From positions 327,236,001 to 327,300,000 of the forward strand of contig OZ024743.1 in the NCBI GenBank assembly GCA_964016885.1: a DNA stretch of 64,000 nucleotides. The letters are read 5' to 3'. A program made the position numbers and the translations under genes. The notes beneath the pieces are model-generated. The model made no database searches and had not been told where the DNA came from. It was given only the letters and a program-made list of their open reading frames with translations. Position 1 is the stretch's first letter, and each line of letters starts with the position of its first letter. This DNA comes from Eledone cirrhosa. Its lineage: Eukaryota. Positions 14,231-28,834 of the stretch are shown one piece after another.

Positions 14231-17200
14231 CCACTACTACAGTAGTATGAAGTCACCAACAAACTCCTGCTCCACAGATAGACTGTCTTTTCTCTCTGTC
14301 TTTCTAACCACTACTACATAGGCATGAAGTCACTCAACAACACACTCCTCCTGCGTCACAGACTGTTTCTTCTCTCTGTTTTTCTAACCACTACTACATA
14401 GGCATGAAGTCACTCAACAACACACTCCTCCTGCGCCACAGACTGTTTCTTCTCTCTGTCTTTCTAACCACTACTACAGTGACATGAAGTCACCAACACA
14501 CTCCTCCTGCGCCACAGACTGTTTCTTCTCTCTGTCTTTCTAACCACTACTACAGTGACATGAAGTCACTCAACAACACACTCCTCCTGCGCCACAGACT
14601 GTTTCTTCTCTCTGTTTTTCTAACCACTACTACAGTGACATGAAGTCACCAACACACTCCTCCTGCGCCACAGACTGTTTCTTCTCTCTGTTTTTCTAAC
14701 CACTACTACATAGGCATGAAGTCACTCAACAACACACTCCTCCTGCGCCACAGACTGTTTCTTCTCTCTGTCTTTCTAACCACTACTACATAGGCATGAA
14801 GTCACTCAACAACACACTCCTCCTGTGCCACAGACTGTTTCTTCTCTCTGTCTTTCTAACCACTACTACATAGGCATGAAGTCACTCAACAACACACTCC
14901 TCCTGCTCCACAGACTGTTTCTTCTCTCTGTTTTTCTAACCACTACTACATAGGCATGAAGTCACTCAACAACACACTCCTCCTGTGCCACAGACTGTTT
15001 CTTCTCTCTGTCTTTCTAACCACTACTACATAGGCATGAAGTCACTCAACAACACACTCCTCCTGCGCCACACACTGTTTCTTCTCTCTGTCTTTCTAAC
15101 CACTACTACAGTGACATGAAGTCACCAACACACTCCTCCTGTGCCACAGACTGTTTCTTCTCTCTGTTTTTCTAACCACTACTACATAGGCATGAAGTCA
15201 CTCAACAACACACTCCTCCTGCTCCACAGACTGTTTCTTCTCTCTGTTTTTCTAACCACTACTACATAGGCATGAAGTCACTCAACAACACACTCCTCCT
15301 GTGCCACAGACTGTTTCTTCTCTCTGTTTTTCTAACCACTACTACATAGGCATGAAGTCACTCAACAACACACTCCTCCTGCTCCACAGACTGTTTCTTC
15401 TCTCTGTTTTTCTAACCACTACTACATAGGCATGAAGTCACTCAACAACACACTCCTCCTGCTCCACAGACTGTTTCTTCTCTCTGTTTTTCTAACCACT
15501 ACTACAGTGACATGAAGTCACCAACACACTCCTCCTGTGCCACAGACTGTTTCTTCTCTCTGTTTTTCTAACCACTACTACAGTGACATGAAGTCACCAA
15601 CACACTCCTCCTGTGCCACAGACTGTTTCTTCTCTCTGTTTTTCTAACCACTACTACATAGGCATGAAGTCACTCAACAACACACTCCTCCTGCTCCACA
15701 GACTGTTTCTTCTCTCTGTTTTTCTAACCACTACTACAGTGACATGAAGTCACCAACACACTCCTCCTGTGCCACAGACTGTTTCTTCTCTCTGTTTTTC
15801 TAACCACTACTACATAGGCATGAAGTCACTCAACAACACACTCCTCCTGCTCCACAGACTGTTTCTTCTCTCTGTTTTTCTAACCACTACTACAGTGACA
15901 TGAAGTCACCAACACACTCCTCCTGTGCCACAGACTGTTTCTTCTCTCTGTTTTTCTAACCACTACTACATAGGCATGAAGTCACTCAACAACACACTCC
16001 TCCTGCTCCACAGACTGTTTCTTCTCTCTGTTTTTCTAACCACTACTACAGTGACATGAAGTCACCAACACACTCCTCCTGTGCCACAGACTGTTTCTTC
16101 TCTCTGTTTTTCTAACCACTACTACATAGGCATGAAGTCACTCAACAACACACTCCTCCTGCTCCACAGACTGTTTCTTCTCTCTGTTTTTCTAACCACT
16201 ACTACAGTGACATGAAGTCACCAACACACTCCTCCTGTGCCACAGACTGTTTCTTCTCTCTGTTTTTCTAACCACTACTACAGTGACATGAAGTCACCAA
16301 CACACTCCTCCTGTGCCACAGACTGTTTCTTCTCTCTGTTTTTCTAACCACTACTACATAGGCATGAAGTCACTCAACAACACACTCCTCCTGCTCCACA
16401 GACTGTTTCTTCTCTCTGTTTTTCTAACCACTACTACAGTGACATGAAGTCACCAACACACTCCTCCTGTGCCACAGACTGTTTCTTCTCTCTGTTTTTC
16501 TAACCACTACTACATAGGCATGAAGTCACTCAACAACACACTCCTCCTGCTCCACAGACTGTTTCTTCTCTCTGTTTTTCTAACCACTACTACATAGGCA
16601 TGAAGTCACTCAACAACACACTCCTCCTGCGCCACAGACTGTTTCTTCTCTCTGTCTTTCTAACCACTACTACAGTGACATGAAGTCACCAACACACTCC
16701 TCCTGTGCCACAGACTGTTTCTTCTCTCTGTTTTTCTAACCACTACTACAGTGACATGAAGTCACCAACACACTCCTCCTGTGCCACAGACTGTTTCTTC
16801 TCTCTGTTTTTCTAACCACTACTACATAGGCATGAAGTCACTCAACAACACACTCCTCCTGCTCCACAGACTGTTTCTTCTCTCTGTTTTTCTAACCACT
16901 ACTACATAGGCATGAAGTCACTCAACAACACACTCCTCCTGCTCCACAGACTGTTTCTTCTCTCTGTTTTTCTAACCACTACTACATAGGCATGAAGTCA
17001 CTCAACAACACACTCCTCCTGCGCCACAGACTGTTTCTTCTCTCTGTTTTTCTAACCACTACTACAGTGACATGAAGTCACCAACACACTCCTCCTGCGC
17101 CACAGACTGTTTCTTCTCTCTGTTTTTCTAACCACTACTACAGTGACATGAAGTCACTCAACAACACACTCCTCCTGCTCCACAGACTGTTTCTTCTCTC

Positions 17201-20200
17201 TGTTTTTTTAACCACTACTACATAGGCATGAAGTCACTCAACAACACACTCCTCCTGCGCCACAGACTGTTTCTTCTCTCTGTTTTTTTAACCACTACTA
17301 CATAGGCATGAAGTCACTCAACAACACACTCCTCCTGCGCCACAGACTGTTTCTTCTCTCTGTTTTTCTAACCACTACTACAGTGACATGAAGTCACCAA
17401 CACACTCCTCCTGCGCCACAGACTGTTTCTTCTCTCTGTTTTTCTAACCACTACTACATAGGCATGAAGTCACTCAACAACACACTCCTCCTGCGCCACA
17501 GACTGTTTCTTCTCTCTGTTTTTCTAACCACTACTACATAGGCATGAAGTCACTCAACAACACACTCCTCCTGCGCCACAGACTGTTTCTTCTCTCTGTT
17601 TTTCTAACCACTACTACAGTGACATGAAGTCACCAACACACTCCTCCTGCGCCACAGACTGTTTCTTCTCTCTGTTTTTCTAACCACTACTACATAGGCA
17701 TGAAGTCACTCAACAACACACTCCTCCTGCGCCACAGACTGTTTCTTCTCTCTGTTTTTCTAACCACTACTACATAGGCATGAAGTCACTCAACAACACA
17801 CTCCTCCTGCGCCACAGACTGTTTCTTCTCTCTGTTTTTCTAACCACTACTACAGTGACATGAAGTCACCAACACACTCCTCCTGCGCCACAGACTGTTT
17901 CTTCTCTCTGTTTTTCTAACCACTACTACATAGGCATGAAGTCACTCAACAACACACTTCTCCTGCGCCACAGACTGTTTCTTCTCTCTGTCTTTCTAAC
18001 CACTACTACATAGGCATGAAGTCACTCAACAACACACTCCTCCTGCGCCACAGACTGTTTCTTCTCTCTGTCTTTCTAACCACTACTACAGTGACATGAA
18101 GTCACCAACACACTCCTCCTGCGCCACAGACTGTTTCTTCTCTCTGTCTTTCTAACCACTACTACAGTGACATGAAGTCACCAACACACTCCTCCTGTGC
18201 CACAGACTGTTTCTTCTCTCTGTCTTTCTAACCACTACTACATAGGCATGAAGTCACTCAACAACACACTCCTCCTGCGCCACACACTGTTTCTTCTCTC
18301 TGTCTTTCTAACCACTACTACAGTGACATGAAGTCACCAACACACTCCTCCTGCGCCACAGACTGTTTCTTCTCTCTGTCTTTCTAACCACTACTACAGT
18401 GACATGAAGTCACCAACACACTCCTCCTGCGCCACTGACTGTTTCTTCTCTCTGTTTTTTTAACCACTACTACATAGGCATGAAGTCACTCAACAACACA
18501 CTTCTCCTGCGCCACAGACTGTTTCTTCTCTCTGTCTTTCTAACCACTACTACATAGGCATGAAGTCACTCAACAACACACTCCTCCTGCGCCACAGACT
18601 GTTTCTTCTCTCTGTCTTTCTAACCACTACTACAGTGACATGAAGTCACCAACACACTCCTCCTGCGCCACTGACTGTTTCTTCTCTCTGTTTTTTTAAC
18701 CACTACTACATAGGCATGAAGTCACTCAACAACACACTCCTCCTGCGCCACAGACTGTTTCTTCTCTCTGTCTTTTTAACCACTACTACATAGGCATGAA
18801 GTCACTCAACAACACACTCCTCCTGCGCCACAGACTGTTTCTTCTCTCTGTTTTTCTAACCACTACTACATAGGCATGAAGTCACTCAACAACACACTCC
18901 TCCTGCGCCACAGACTGTTTCTTCACTCTGTCTTTCTAACCACTACTACAGTGACATGAAGTCACCAACACACTCCTCCTGCGCCACAGACTGTTTCTTC
19001 TCTCTGTCTTTCTAACCACTACTACATAGGCATGAAGTCACTCAACAACACACTCCTCCTGCGCCACAGATTGTTTCTTCACTCTGTCTTTCTAACCACT
19101 ACTACAGTGACATGAAGTCACCAACACACTCCTCCTGCGCCACAGACTGTTTCTTCTCTCTGTCTTTCTAACCACTACTACAGTGACATGAAGTCACTCA
19201 ACAACACACTCCTCCTGCGCCACAGACTGTTTCTTCTCTCTGTCTTTCTAACCACTACTACATAGGCATGAAGTCACTCAACAACACACTCCTCCTGCGC
19301 CACAGACTGTTTCTTCACTCTGTCTTTCTAACCACTACTACAGTGACATGAAGTCACCAACACACTCCTCCTGCGCCACAGACTGTTTCTTCTCTCTGTC
19401 TTTCTAACCACTACTACATAGGCATGAAGTCACTCAACAACACACTCCTCCTGCGCCACAGACTGTTTCTTCTCTCTGTTTTTTTAACCACTACTACAGT
19501 GACATGAAGTCACCAACACACTCCTCCTGCGCCACAGACTGTTTCTTCTCTCTGTTTTTTTAACCACTACTACAGTGACATGAAGTCACCAACACACTCA
19601 TCCTGCGCCACAGACTGTTTCTTCTCTCTGTTTTTCTAACCACTACTACAGTGACATGAAGTCACCAACACACTCCTCCTGTGCCACAGACTGTTTCTTC
19701 TCTCTGTTTTTCTAACCACTACTACAGTGACATGAAGTCACCAACACACTCCTGCGCCACAGACTGTTTCTTCTCTCTGTTTTTCTAACCACTACTACAT
19801 AGGCATGAAGTCACTCAACAACACACTCCTCCTGCGCCACAGACTGTTTCTTCTCTCTGTCTTTCTAACCACTACTACAGTGACATGAAGTCACTCAACA
19901 ACACACTCCTCCTGCGCCACAGACTGTTTCTTCTCTCTGTCTTTCTAACCACTACTACATAGGCATGAAGTCACTCAACAACACACTCCTCCTGCGCCAC
20001 AGACTGTTTCTTCTCTCTGTCTTTCTAACCACTACTACAGTGACATGAAGTCACTCAACAACACACTCCTCCTGCGCCACAGACTGTCTCTTCTCTCTGT
20101 CTTTCTAACCACTACTACAGTGACATGAAGTCACCAACACACTCCTCCTGCGCCACAGACTGTTTCTTCTCTCTGTTTTTCTAACCACTACTACAGTGAC

Positions 20201-21190
20201 ATGAAGTCACCAACACACTCCTCCTGCGCCACAGACTGTTTCTTCTCTCTGTCTTTCTAACCACTACTACAGTGACATGAAGTCACCAACACACTCCTCC
20301 TGCGCCACACACTGTTTCTTCTCTCTGTTTTTCTAACCACTACTACAGTGACATGAAGTCACCAACACACTCCTCCTGCGCCACAGACTGTTTCTTCTCT
20401 CTGTTTTTCTAACCACTACTACATAGGCATGAAGTCACTCAACAACACACTCCTCCTGCGCCACAGACTGTTTCTTCTCTCTGTCTTTCTAACCACTACT
20501 ACATAGGCATGAAGTCACTCAACAACACACTCCTCCTGCGCCACAGACTGTTTCTTCTCTCTGTTTTTCTAACCACTACTACAGTGACATGAAGTCACCA
20601 ACACACTCCTCCTGCGCCACAGACTGTTTCTTCTCTCTGTCTTTCTAACCACTACTACATAGGCATGAAGTCACTCAACAACACACTCCTCCTGCGCCAC
20701 AGACTGTTTCTTCTCTCTGTTTTTCTAACCACTACTACAGTGACATGAAGTCACCAACACACTCCTGCGCCACAGACTGTTTCTTCTCTCTGTCTTTCTA
20801 ACCACTACTACATAGGCATGAAGTCACTCAACAACACACTCCTCCTGCTCCACAGACTGTTTCTTCTCTCTGTCTTTCTAACCACTACTACATAGGCATG
20901 AAGTCACTCAACAACACACTCCTCCTGCGCCACAGACTGTTTCTTCTCTCTGTCTTTCTAACCACTACTACATAGGCATGAAGTCACTCAACAACACACT
21001 CCTCCTGCGCCACAGACTGTTTCTTCTCTCTGTCTTTCTAACCACTACTACAGTGACATGAAGTCACTCAACAACACACTCCTCCTGCGCCACAGACTGT
21101 TTCTTCTCTCTGTCTTTCTAACCACTACTACAGTGACATGAAGTCACCAACACACTCCTCCTGCGCCACAGATGGACTGTCTTATCTCTG
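14231..21190. repeat. Satellite array of 80-bp and 76-bp monomers (roughly 85-90 copies)
   Basis: 80-mer CTACTACATAGGCATGAAGTCACTCAACAACACACTCCTCCTGCGCCACAGACTGTTTCTTCTCTCTGTTTTTCTAACCA interspersed with a 76-mer variant (CAGTGACATGAAGTCACCAACAC). Confidence 0.98.
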
Positions 21191-21480
21191 TCTTTTCTTC
21201 CACCACTATAGTAGCCTCTACTCCTCAGAACTAATAGATCTTGTGTCATCTGTACTTGTGTGCAACCAATTCACTTTATTCTCTTTCTCCTATCCCCCAC
21301 ATTATTTTCCCACCAGGACCCAATCTAACTACTATGCTCAGTCTTTCCGTCCTAGAACAATGAAATTCTCTCCATGTCCATATTTTTCCTCAAGCTATCA
21401 AATTGCATATTTTTAAACAAGAACATTAACTACATCAGTCTAACTGGTTGCAGAGGTCCTGCAATGGGCATTGACAAAAC
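21138..21480 (+). mobile_element. 3' end remnant of a CR1/L2/Jockey-group LINE ORF2
   Basis: LCLFFHHYSSLYSSELIDLV...RTQSNYYAQSFRPRT resembles the LINE C-terminal motif SLxLFYRYYxGxCSSEL...SFFPRT. Confidence 0.65.
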
Positions 21481-22040
21481 CCATTCCTTCAGACCAAACC
21501 AATGTGTGTTTGTGTGTGTCCATATTGTTGTCACTATCTGTAAAATGGCATCTCTTTACAATGTTTGACATTTTATACTCAAAATTTAAATTTCTAAAAT
21601 TTCATTCAAAATATTTCCACATTGAATTATTTAGATCTTGTTTACATCTTCTTCAGCTGCATTTATAATACTCCAATTGGTGCTGATCCCACAATAAAAA
21701 GCACCCAGTGCACCCTGTAAGGTGGCAGTACTGGTGTCTTTATAAAAAGCACTCAATCCACCCTGTAATGTGGTTGGATTGGTGCCACAATGAAAAGCAC
21801 CCAGTCCACCCAAAAAGTTGGTAGTGCTGATGCCATGATAAAATACTCCCAGTATATACTGAAAGTGGTTGGCATTAGGAAGAGCATCTAAAATAGAATG
21901 TATGAGCAAAATGTAGTCATCTGACTGGTCAAGCCTCAGAATATGACAACCTGCCTAACATATCAAGCATGGAAAATAGATGTTAAACAGTGGTGGTGAT
22001 GACGATATATATAAATTCATTTTCTCAACATAACAATTAC

Positions 22041-22173
22041 CTTCTTTGACCTCTAACTGTGATCTGTGTGAAAACCATGAAATAGCCAGATGTATTCAAC
22101 GTAACCGTTCCGTTTAGGTTGTATATTATTTTACTTCCAATACCAATAGATTCTGGGTCCCATTGAAAGAACT
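22041..22173 (-). CDS. TNF-superfamily ligand, internal exon
   Basis: Acceptor TTTTTTTTTCAG, donor AAG|GTAATT, 133 nt, phase 1 to 2. Reads FFQWDPESIGIGSKIIYNLNGTVTLNTSGYFMVFTQITVRGQR, with the QW and NG.h.h..SGYF.VFTQI motifs (cf. GLYYVYSQV). Confidence 0.82.
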
Positions 22174-22882
22174 CTGAAAAAAAAATCAGAAAAAGAAACA
22201 GTTTATATGACAGTGATAAATTAGATGATATAAGGCTTTGAAATTGAAGCTTTTTTTTTTTTAAAGAATAGTATCCTTTATCATGAATAATAGATGTATA
22301 AAACAGATTTTTATTTCATTTCATCAAGAGAAAAACATGGAAGAAGACATACACATTTAATTACATGCCACAATACAGTGTGCTGGAGTTTCCCCTCTAA
22401 TAATTTCTGAGGCAAGTTACAATACTCTATTGCTGCAGGTGATAGCAAGTCTAAGACACTAGAACAACTAAGCACCCTCACCTGTGGCATTACCTGATAT
22501 GCCGGTAAGATGAGCCATCAACTTTGTTGTCAGCAGCCCAGCTCCCACAAACATCTCAAAATAGTTTGCCAATTATTATGGTAATTTTAGAATTTTATTC
22601 CATTCAGCTACAGATGTGGTATCCCTCACCTACACTGTAACATCTAGTATGTTGGAAAGAGCTCTTTTTAACGTAGGTGCAAGGCCATATTTATGATGGA
22701 AGATGTAGTACCAGTGGTATTTATTTTATCAATCTTAGAAGAGTAAAAAACAAAGTTGATTCTGGCAGGATACAACTGATAAATATAACATTTTTGAATT
22801 TGAGGAAATATTTATGTATACTTCAGAGTTGTATTTATCTAGCAAGTGACTTGATCTAAGACTGTGTATTGAAACTAAAATA

Positions 22883-23036
22883 ATTACTGTGTGGTAGAGT
22901 CATTTTAGCCATTTAAAAACACACAAAAACTATTAACTTTACATTTATTTATCATTTATTTCTTGATGACACTAGGAAATAAATGATAAACAGTTTTTAT
23001 GTTTTTAAATGACTAAATTGATTCTTCCACAGTAAG
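22883..23036. repeat. Nested imperfect inverted repeat (hairpin)
   Basis: Outer arms TTACTGTG..TTTAGCCATTTAAAAACA / TGTTTTTAAATGACTAAA..CACAGTAA. Inner arms TTTATCATTTATTTC / GAAATAAATGATAAA. Confidence 0.7.
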
Positions 23037-23149
23037 TATTTACATAAATTTGTTCATAAATAGTTAAAAAACAAATGGATTTATTCACATAATATTTTAG
23101 GTTTTCTAAAATGAAAAGATGTTCATTATATAAGTTATGAGGTTATGAA

Positions 23150-23350
23150 TAATGAAATTATTGTTTCCAGTGCTCAGGTGCATTAAAACTCATCAAATGT
23201 GCATGTATAGTACATAGAATAATGTACAAATGTCAGGAAAATGAACATTGTATGAGTCATGATATACACGTGTGCATGTGTATGGAGGGGGAATATCAGG
23301 TGTAGTGTTGGCGAATTTCAGGAAGCATGGACGTTTTAAAGAATGCAGTT
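23150..23350 (-). mobile_element. CR1-like LINE 3' end fragment
   Basis: Homologous to 42160-42360, the 3' end of the long CR1-like element. Confidence 0.75.
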
Positions 23351-25389
23351 ATATATGGAATGACTGCAAAAAATTGATAATTAATTGATATTGCTTTCTT
23401 AGTTGGAGAAAAATAAACCAAGTTGTAATTGTTAGTAATCCTCAAAAAGAAGAGATAATTTTAAGAAATTAAAATTAGTTTCACAAAAATAATGTACATG
23501 ATAAAAAGAAAATATGATCTTTGTTTTCAAACAAGAGGACAGCTACATATGTTTCAGTGTTATTGCACCTCAGCAGCATAATATAGTCTACCCAAGCCTG
23601 TTTTGATCAGGTGAATTACAAAGGCATAATAGCATAATTAAAAATATATAAACTGAGCTAAGGAAAATAAATGACGTTGGTGAATGGCAGGAATTGAGTA
23701 CTGAAATATGTGTGCAAAAACATTCCCATCATTATCATCTGTTTTAACATCTGTTTTCCCTGCTAGTAAGGGATGGAGGGGTTGTCACAGATTAAGTCAG
23801 TATTCAATCGAAGTTAGTGATCCCTCAGACAGGCTGGGCACCTGTATCTCATATATGCATTTTATCATGGCACCAGCACTACGTTGATTGAAATTTCTCT
23901 TTATGCCATGATTAAGTTCATTATACTTGAACATGTCTGAAATTATCCCTAGGCCTGCAAACAAAGATTGGATTTTCTACAATGCATGCACATTACTGCA
24001 TATACTCGTATATAAATTGAGAAATATGTGACAAAAAAAAATTGATGTTAAAATGGGTTGGGTGGGCTTTATTTGAAGTCAATATTTTGCTGATTTTCAC
24101 CAACTTCAAAATTCTACGTAAATGAGGTGCTAAAATATTTTTGCTTTGGAGCTGAATATTACAATGGTTTCACTTTCGATGTGAAATTCATTCTCCTGCT
24201 GTTTTTGGTATGTTTTGAATGAATATGGCTTTCAAAACGATTGGAAATTTGTAAAATTTATTATGAAATGGAGTTGTGAAACAAAAATTATACTCTAAAT
24301 GACACTTAAGTTGTTTTAAATATCAAAATATTAAAACTTCATATATAATGTGTTGATTACATGCCTGGACTTATAAACAGGGTTTGAATTTTTGCCTATT
24401 TCTCAGACATAATATAAGGGGTCAGCTTATAATTGGATTGGTTAATATTCAATTCTATATGGTAATTTTGTGAAATTAATTCCGAATTTCATGAAATTAT
24501 ATCCCTTTTTCTTTGCAAGTCACTAAAAACTACAGTGTAATTATTTTCTTTTACCAACTAAGAGAGAAATTTCAATTAAATGAGAAAAACTGAGTACAAG
24601 ATGTAGTGTACGAGATTGAAAATTGTTCTGGTATGGGCATGTGATACATATGAGGGTGGCAGCTGTATAAAGAAGTGCAGGACACTGAAAGTGGATGGAA
24701 CTTGTGGAAGAGAGAGACCAAGGAAGTTATGAAACAAAGTGTTAAAGACCACCTCAAGAAGCTAAACGTCACAACAGAGGTGATTGATCATACATGATAC
24801 AAGAGAAAATCCACCCTCCCATGCAAGCGTAGCAAAATGGTAGTTAGAAGCTGGAAAGTATGGGTCTCCTGTCGAAGTACCCATCTGCCTTCTCTCATTT
24901 CCACCCTCATACTCACTGCATGTGAGCTAAGAATGGCATTACATCTGTCAAACAATATCCACCTTCTGACTTTTCTCTACCTACTGTCCTATTCATTACA
25001 CAATGTTGTCCACACAACGTTTAGTGTTGTTAGTCCTGTCTATATTCATATTCACTACCCCATCCAACTCATTAGTCTACTCCTTCCTCAGCTATGTACA
25101 AGCATCAGATATGTGTTTGTATGCCCTTCTCTATACTACCTCTCTCCAAAGCCACTTCTTATTTATATATACCACTATCTCCCATGACCCATCACTTGCT
25201 CTCTCCTCCTTTCATCCATTCTTGACTCTCTTCTATTATCACATCCTACACTGCCTCTCCCATTCCTCCTTTCTCTACTGCCTTCTTATTCCAATTCACT
25301 GTTTTCCCAACTCCCAGCCACCCTCTAGGTCATGTTGTCTTGATTAAACAGAGACAGCATAAGATAGAGAGAATTCTTTAGTTCTGTGA

Positions 25390-25920
25390 ATCCCAAGGCA
25401 AAATCATTAGTGGCACGAAAAAATGCATCCAACCTCAATGGATGAGGTACTAATAGCAATAAGTAAACAAAATCTTGGTAAGGCTCCTGGTAATGATGGA
25501 ATCTATACTGAAGTTTTATTATGCTGTGGTGACATCATATCACACAGAACCCCCATGAGCTTATTTGAGGATTGGAAGGATGCAATTATGCTTTCCCTTT
25601 ATAAAGGAAAGTTTTTCAGAATAAAATGTGACAACCATAAAGGTATTGCTCTACTATCAGCTGTTGGCAATGTTCTAGCAAGTTTTCTTCTGATCTACCT
25701 AAATAATTCCATTGTGGTTGGTGTCCTTCTGGAATCTCAGTGTAGCTTCTCTTCTTGCAGAAAAACAATGGGTATGATTTTTACAGCAAGACATCTGCAG
25801 AAATGCTATGGTCAGAACAAAGATTTTGTTTTCATTGATCTAAAGATTTTGATACTGTAAATTAGATATCTTTATGGAAAATACTTTGTATCGATAATTT
25901 ATTTCACAATGAAATGGAAG
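25390..25920 (+). mobile_element. RTE-like LINE RT fragment
   Basis: ORF 25423-25860: GKAPGNDGI, DWKDA..LYKGK, CDNHKGIALLS, FVFIDL. Confidence 0.8.
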
Positions 25921-27699
25921 CACGAAGGAACCAATTCCTGTTTCCCTAAACCTACTAACTCAGTTGCATGCTGCTCTTCCACAAAGTGTTGAATTTCTTC
26001 TGTTACAATTTCTTACCTTCCTTTGTTATTTTGGTGGGATATCCCCATATTTTATTTTTGTTCCAGCTCTGCACTTATCATCTACATGTTCAGGATAGTC
26101 TTTACTTCCTTCAATGCTTTTCTCACTCTCTCCATTTTCTTCTTATCTCCACACTAAGCTGGGCTGAATGAACAATGGGACCCTCCGAATCTCATAACTT
26201 CATGTAGCTGTGAACTTTTCCTACTTTAAATTCATCCATCATGTTAAAGACAAAACTTGGCAGTAGTGCTATAAAGCCATTTTCCTGGAAAACTGTCATT
26301 ACATCCCTTAATTTTTCTCCATTCTTGGCAAGGGTATTTCATAAACTTGGAGGGACCACAGGAGCTTTGACAAAAGCCATCTTGATAGCACCCAGCTTTA
26401 AACTTTCTTGCTAAACCAGTCCTTGTTTTAGCTTGGTCTTTATTTCAACACTCCTCTTGGTATCATTTAGGCTCTCTGTAGATATCACCAAGACACTTGA
26501 CCCCTGATTGATGGAATCATTGCCCTGCCAATCACAAGAGTGTATGTGCACGCACTTTTTTATTATCCTACCCCCACCATAAAACAGCTTTATAGTCTGA
26601 TATATATATCACTTTGTCTGTTTTCTGTGTTGGCCATGTTGTCACAGTTCAAGACTTGACTGGATGGGTGTGACTCATACATTGTTTTTGGCTTGATTTC
26701 CTATGGCAGGATGCCTTTCCTAATGCCAATCACTCATCATACTCTTTCTTGATGGTCCTGTGAGTACACATGAGAAACTCCAGAGTAACAAAACTCAAAC
26801 TTTATGTTATGGTATTGAGTACTCATTCTCACGACTGTTAATACTAAGCAGATATAATTGTTGTTTGTAAAGGACACGTATACACACATACTGACACCTG
26901 TAAAAATGTATTTGTCTTTTCATTTATTGGTGCGTCTCAGCGTGGACCGTGCGTAGTGGTTAAAAGGAGCTAAGGTATTTCCAACAGCTTTTGGAAAGGC
27001 ATGAATTTCACAACACTCATCACAATGATGCTGAAACATCTAGCAATTTGACTTTATTTTATCGAGGTGGCCTCATTTGAATATAATACTGATTCAATAT
27101 TTAAAAAAATAAATACTGGCTGATTTCGTTGAAATTCCATATTTTAATAATAAACTAAGTAAAATAAGGAAATACAAAGTAGTTTAGATGATAAAGTTCT
27201 TTATTGATAAGGCAGTAATACATATTTCGATGACAACAGTATCGAAATACTACTTTGTATTCCCTTATTCTAAAAATACTCCGTCACTCCTATGTCGAAA
27301 ATGCACGTTGAGTTCTCGAATTGAATTACATCAATATTTTACCGTATAAACTACTAAGTATTAAACATTAATATAACGTTTTAAATGTTGAAACGTTATA
27401 TAATTTTTCCTTACATAGCAAATTACAATAAGCCTAAACTAGCCAAAATCACACCACACAAAATACAATTATAGTTAAATGAAATTAAAACCACAACAGA
27501 AATCCCTTCGTACCAGAGTCACTTCAACGGAGGTTTTAGAGCACACAGTATTAGTGGCATGATACAATATATATACCCCTGTGATATGCTGCCAATTGTC
27601 GCATTTGGCGGTGAACTGATGGTCTTTTTTTGTTTTTGTGAGGTTCCTAACAATGGTTGTGTTTGTTATATACGTTTATATGTGTTTATCAACGACATT

Positions 27700-27872
27700 A
27701 GCGATGAATTGGCAGTATCGGTAGAGGGTAGGGCATGCTTTCCAGCATAGTTACGTCCCTTTACGATCTGAGGTTAACTTTGCCTTTCATCCTTACGGGG
27801 TCGATAAAAATAAAGTACCAGTAATGTACTGCGTATTTACTGGCCTTGTGCCAAAAAGTAGAAACAATTATA
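27700..27872 (+). mobile_element. tRNA-derived SINE
   Basis: A-box-like TGGCAGTATCGG and body GAGGTTAACTTTGCCTTTCATCCTTACGGGGTCGATAAAA shared with copies at ~6465, 37600-38185 and 63150. Confidence 0.8.
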
Positions 27873-28834
27873 TTTGTCATGTTGTTCTGAAAGAATTGTG
27901 AGCAATTTGTAATGTTATTTGTGTCTATACATATATATATATATATATATGAAAAATATAATCTACTTTATATATATACTGGTTTCAGTCATCCGGCTGA
28001 AACTAGTAAAATACTTTACAAAATCGTCCACCACCCCACCCTATAACTATCTATTACAGTAAATAACATCCTGTTTTGCTTTAAAAAAAGGCGCTCATTG
28101 CTTGCTTGTTGTTACTGCTGATTTTTTTCTAAAATAATACCGTTGGTCGTTGTTGCCGTAATAATTAAATATGATAGGAAACGTGGACAATATCTATTGC
28201 CAACAGAAATGAAAGTTTAGACGACAATAAACATTTCACTTTCATCAATAACAACTACAACGGCCACAGAGGCTTACGTGATCGTTCGATCTGCTAGAAA
28301 TAGCAGTCAAATCTTTCAATCAAATCGTATCCCAATCTTTAAAAATCCCAGAAGTATCCATTGAATAATGTCTGAGATAAACTATGCTAGGAAAAAATTG
28401 GAGGGTAATGGCTAGAATACCTTTAACTCTTAACGTCTTGTACCTATCACATTTGAAATTAAAATGTTTACTTTAATACAGCAAATTTTCACAATACTAT
28501 AAACATTTGAATTAACAAATGCATTTTTAAATATTTCTGCTAATTAATTACAGGATGTTAAGAGTTGAATTGATTTAGAATTAACATACATATTTTTAGA
28601 TATATTCTTCTTAATGATTACATGATGTTATGAGTTTATAGACTCGGGGCTAAACAACAACGATAATGTTGACGATGATGATCATGTAGACTACATATTT
28701 AAAAAAATTACGATGAAGATGCTAATTATCATAATAATCCAGGCTTTTACAAACATGATTTGATTTCTATTAATAAATAAAACCACAGTAATTTATGCGT
28801 GTTAAATAATTGTCTATTAGCTCGGTCTTTTAAC

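Noticed and set aside
14231-21190. CRISPR-like regular array
   Set aside because: There are no unique spacers, the whole monomer repeats, no cas genes are present, and the context is eukaryotic.
27978-28008. Small hairpin TACTGGTTTCAG/CTGAAACTAGTA with a GAAAC-TA-GTA half-site
   Set aside because: No CUGANGA half nearby and too short to interpret.
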